The notes beneath the pieces were generated by a model, which saw only the letters and a list, made by a program, of their open reading frames with translations, did no database searches and was not told the origin of the DNA. Below, in pieces: positions 13,476 through 16,404 of a DNA stretch of 16,404 nucleotides (position 1 is the first letter of the stretch; every line of letters starts with the position of its first letter). The stretch is from a bacterium (GTDB taxonomy: Bacteria > RBG-13-61-14 > DATKZS01): positions 1 through 16,404 of the forward strand of contig JAWOBU010000070.1 in the NCBI GenBank assembly GCA_046484135.1, written 5' to 3'. The position numbers and the translations under genes are program-made.

Positions 13476-15482
13476 TCAGGAGCTGGGTTCTTCGAACTTG
13501 GGAGGTGACGGTTGGGAATCGTTTTGGGCGGAGACGGAGGCGGATTCGTTTTGCGAGGTCCGGGGTTTATCCTGATCTTTTTCCTGTCCGCTTATGAACT
13601 CCTTAACGGAGCTTGCCGGTACGGCGGCGGGCATGTCCACTCCTTGATACTCGGGGACCAGCTCTGCCATGGTAATCTTCAGATTACCGTCCATCGAGGT
13701 GTCGGCAAGGTCAAGGAGCTCTTCGATCTTTTCTATAAAGTCGTGCGGGAACTCGTCCACGCAGTTCCTGGTGAAGACCTTGGGGTGGGAGGTCTTGGAG
13801 TGGAGCTCATTGTCGAGATAGAGTTCTTCGTAGAGCTTCTCTCCGGGTCGGGCCCCGATGCACTCGATCTTTATGTCCTCTTCCGGCTTGTATCCGGAGA
13901 GCTTTATCATTGATTCGGCGAGGTCGTAGATACGGACGGGGTCTCCCATGTCCAGTACGTAAATCTCTCCTCCCCTGCCCATGGAGCCTGCCTGGAGCAC
14001 GAGCTGGGAAGCCTCGGAAATGGTCATAAAGAAGCGGGTCATCTCCCGGTGGGTTACGGTAACCGGTCCGCCGTTCTGGATTTGCTTTTTAAATATGGGT
14101 ATGACGCTTCCGGCGGAGCCGAGGACGTTTCCGAACCGTACGGTGATATATTTGGTTTCGCTTTTCTTGGACAGGAACTGGACGTATCTTTCCGCGATTC
14201 TCTTGGTGGCGCCCATTACAGAGGTGGGGTTTATGGCCTTGTCGGTGGATATCATGACCGCTCTTCTGACGCCGGTTAGGTCGCACAGGTCGGCCACCAG
14301 CCTGGAGCCGCCTATGTTGTTCTTTACGGCCTCGGCGGGGTTCTCTTCCATGACCGGCACGTGCTTGTAGGCGGCGGCGTGGAAGACGACCTCAGGCGTT
14401 GTCTCGCGAAAGATGGCCGCCATGCGGTTTTTGTCGGTTACGTCCGCCACGAACATCCGGATGCCGGCCCGGCTGGTTGACCCTTTAAGCTCCTGGCTCA
14501 TCTCGAAGATGCCGTTTTCGTGGTGGTCTACCAGGATAAGCTGGGAGGGCTCGAAAGCCAGCACCTGGCGGCAAATTTCGGAGCCGATGCTTCCTGCCGC
14601 TCCGGTAACCAGTACCTTTTTGTCATGGAGGTAGTCTCCGATGGCCATCCTGTCGAGTTCTACCGGGTCCCGCCCCAGCAGGTCTTCGAGCTGGACCTCG
14701 CGGAGCTGGCTTACCGTTACCTTACCGTCTATAAGCTGGTCCATACCGGGAATGGTGCGCATGGGAAGTGCGACCTGTTCGCAGAGATCAACGATGCGTT
14801 TCATCTGGGAGCGGCTCGCAGAGGGGACCGCCAGAAAAAGCTCGTCCACTTCGTACTTCTCGCTAATGGCCTTTATCTCTTCAATGCCTCCCAGGACCCT
14901 GACACCATGTATGCGCGCCCCCTGCTTGTAAAGCGAATCGTCTAGGTAGCCGACGATATGGTAGTTCAGCTCGGGACGCTTTTGTATCTCGCGTACCAGC
15001 GACTCCCCTGCGTCTCCGGCGCCTATAACCAAAATCCTGGTTTGTTCGCTGTCGCCCCACTTTATTAAGTTCTCGAGAGCTCCCTCCCGGTAGGCCCGAA
15101 TGGCGAAGCGGGACCCGCCTACCAGAGCGACCACCATCACGAAATCCAGGATGGGGATGGAGCGCGGAAAAGGGTGATCCTTGAAAAATATGTATCCTAT
15201 GGTCATGAGCACCAGGGCGGACACCAGTGCGGCCTGGATGATGGAGGACAGGTCCTTCATTCCCACGTATCGGAGCCATCCCTGGAACAGGCCGAACCGA
15301 TCGAAAATGATGTACTTGATTAACAGGGTCAGGGGAAGGGTCAGGGTAAAGAGGGCCAGAAAGTGCTCGGGTATTTGCAGGTCGAAGCGGAGCGCGAACG
15401 AGAGCCAATAAGCTGCGGCAAAGAGGAAAAGGTGATATAAGATGATGGCCAGTCTTCTGTGTTGCAGGATTGTTTGTTTCAT
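13476..15482 (-). CDS. Nucleoside-diphosphate sugar epimerase/4,6-dehydratase (CapD/PglF/WbpM family)
   Basis: Four N-terminal hydrophobic helices, IGAGDAG, EDLLGRDPV, VTGAAGSIGSE, HAAAYKHVP, STDKA, MGATK, RFGNV and RPGEKLYEEL. Start moved to ATG 15482 (MKQTIL) because the longer ORF overlaps the upstream gene. Confidence 0.95.
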   Translation of the reverse strand: MKQTILQHRRLAIILYHLFLFAAAYWLSFALRFDLQIPEHFLALFTLTLPLTLLIKYIIFDRFGLFQGWLRYVGMKDLSSIIQAALVSALVLMTIGYIFFKDHPFPRSIPILDFVMVVALVGGSRFAIRAYREGALENLIKWGDSEQTRILVIGAGDAGESLVREIQKRPELNYHIVGYLDDSLYKQGARIHGVRVLGGIEEIKAISEKYEVDELFLAVPSASRSQMKRIVDLCEQVALPMRTIPGMDQLIDGKVTVSQLREVQLEDLLGRDPVELDRMAIGDYLHDKKVLVTGAAGSIGSEICRQVLAFEPSQLILVDHHENGIFEMSQELKGSTSRAGIRMFVADVTDKNRMAAIFRETTPEVVFHAAAYKHVPVMEENPAEAVKNNIGGSRLVADLCDLTGVRRAVMISTDKAINPTSVMGATKRIAERYVQFLSKKSETKYITVRFGNVLGSAGSVIPIFKKQIQNGGPVTVTHREMTRFFMTISEASQLVLQAGSMGRGGEIYVLDMGDPVRIYDLAESMIKLSGYKPEEDIKIECIGARPGEKLYEELYLDNELHSKTSHPKVFTRNCVDEFPHDFIEKIEELLDLADTSMDGNLKITMAELVPEYQGVDMPAAVPASSVKEFISGQEKDQDKPRTSQNESASVSAQNDSQPSPPKFEEPSS

Positions 15483-15529
15483 TTTTGTTCTCTTTTGGCG
15501 GAGTTGTTTCTTCTTATGATGACTTGTCT

Positions 15530-16402
15530 CTAACTCTTTGTGTTGCGGGACTGGTGTCTCGGTGTTGAAATCAGGGTTTCTGCGGTTTTTTCCAGCTCGG
15601 CTCTGGTCAGGTTGGTCCCGCTCGGGAGGCACAGCCCTCTTTCGAATAATCGCCCGCTTACCGGGCCTCCCCGGCAGCGGCAGTCCTTGAACACCGGCTG
15701 GAGGTGCATGGGCTTCCAGACCGGCCGGGACTCTATGTTGTTCTTCTCCAGGTGAAGGCGAACGTCTTCACGGGTGGCTCCGAACTTTTCCGGATCAATC
15801 AGGATGCAGGTAAGCCAGCGGTTGGACCGCCCGAAGGGAGCTTCCGGCATGAAATCCACTCCCCGTTCTTCGGAGAAAGCTTTTTTGTAAAAATCGAAGA
15901 TGGCCCGCTTCTGCTCGATGCGCTCGTCCAGGACCTGAAGCTGTGCCCGTCCTATGCCGGCGAGAACGTTGCTCATACGGTAGTTGTAGCCGATGGTGGA
16001 GTGTTCATAATGGGGCGCCGGATCGCGGGCCTGGGTGGAGAGGAACCGGGCCCGGTCTATCAACGCTTTGTCCTCGGAAACCAGCATTCCTCCCCCCGAG
16101 GTGGTTATGATCTTGTTGCCGTTAAAAGAGAACACGCCCATCTTTCCGAATGTTCCGGTTTGCCTGCCGTTGTAGGTTGCTCCCAGGGACTCGGCGGCGT
16201 CCTCTATGAGAGGCACGCCATATTTATCGCACAAATTGAGGACTGGTTCAAGGTCAGCACTTTGTCCGTAAAGATGTACGAGTATTACGGCCTTGGGGAG
16301 CTTGCCGCGGGAAGCGCAGTCCTTTAACTCTTCTTCCAGGAGCCCCGGGTCCATGTTCCAGGTTTTTCCGTCGCAATCAATGAAAACGGGCTCGGCCTTT
16401 TC
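15530..16402 (-). CDS. DegT/DnrJ/EryC1/StrS PLP-dependent sugar aminotransferase (PglE/EpsN-like), 5'-truncated
   Basis: Frame is open to the window edge (EKAEPVFIDCDGKTWNMDP). Motifs VHLYGQ, IEDAAESLG, FSFNGNKIITTSGGG (PLP Lys), GYNYRMSN, WKPMHLQP and CLPSG. Confidence 0.95.
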   Translation of the reverse strand, partial: EKAEPVFIDCDGKTWNMDPGLLEEELKDCASRGKLPKAVILVHLYGQSADLEPVLNLCDKYGVPLIEDAAESLGATYNGRQTGTFGKMGVFSFNGNKIITTSGGGMLVSEDKALIDRARFLSTQARDPAPHYEHSTIGYNYRMSNVLAGIGRAQLQVLDERIEQKRAIFDFYKKAFSEERGVDFMPEAPFGRSNRWLTCILIDPEKFGATREDVRLHLEKNNIESRPVWKPMHLQPVFKDCRCRGGPVSGRLFERGLCLPSGTNLTRAELEKTAETLISTPRHQSRNTKS

Positions 16403-16404
16403 AT

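Noticed and set aside
13380..13478. TGA read-through (selenocysteine) or G-quadruplex downstream of the dehydratase gene
   Set aside because: The TGA follows a disordered tail with no SECIS-like hairpin, and the G-runs on the plus strand are separated by long loops.
15483..15632. 50-aa N-terminal extension of the dehydratase ORF
   Set aside because: It overlaps the aminotransferase 3' end by about 100 nt and precedes the typical first membrane helix; the start at 15482 is more plausible.

Overview
GC-rich bacterial chromosomal segment that looks Gram-negative (lpxB, lipoproteins); a deltaproteobacterial affiliation is my impression only. Plus strand: partial SCP2-type thiolase, small lipoprotein, lpxB, lipoprotein-anchored fused M16 peptidase, PIG-L deacetylase, type II P-type ATPase, tandem universal stress protein and a small PilZ-like protein. 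Minus strand: uvrC, a CapD/PglF-like sugar dehydratase and a partial DegT-family aminotransferase. The interesting signals are mostly non-coding. (1) A structured 5' leader at 6787-6850 resembles Na+/Li+ riboswitches (DUF1646/nhaA-I) and precedes an ATPase lacking a key Ca2+ ligand, suggesting a riboswitch-controlled monovalent-cation pump plus USP module. (2) A 22-nt REP-like palindrome occurs three times with compensatory changes. (3) A nested element at 11201-11356 has terminal inverted repeats enclosing an inverted REP pair, one arm of which carries a precise 29-nt palindromic insertion. All calls were made by eye; no database searches were run.
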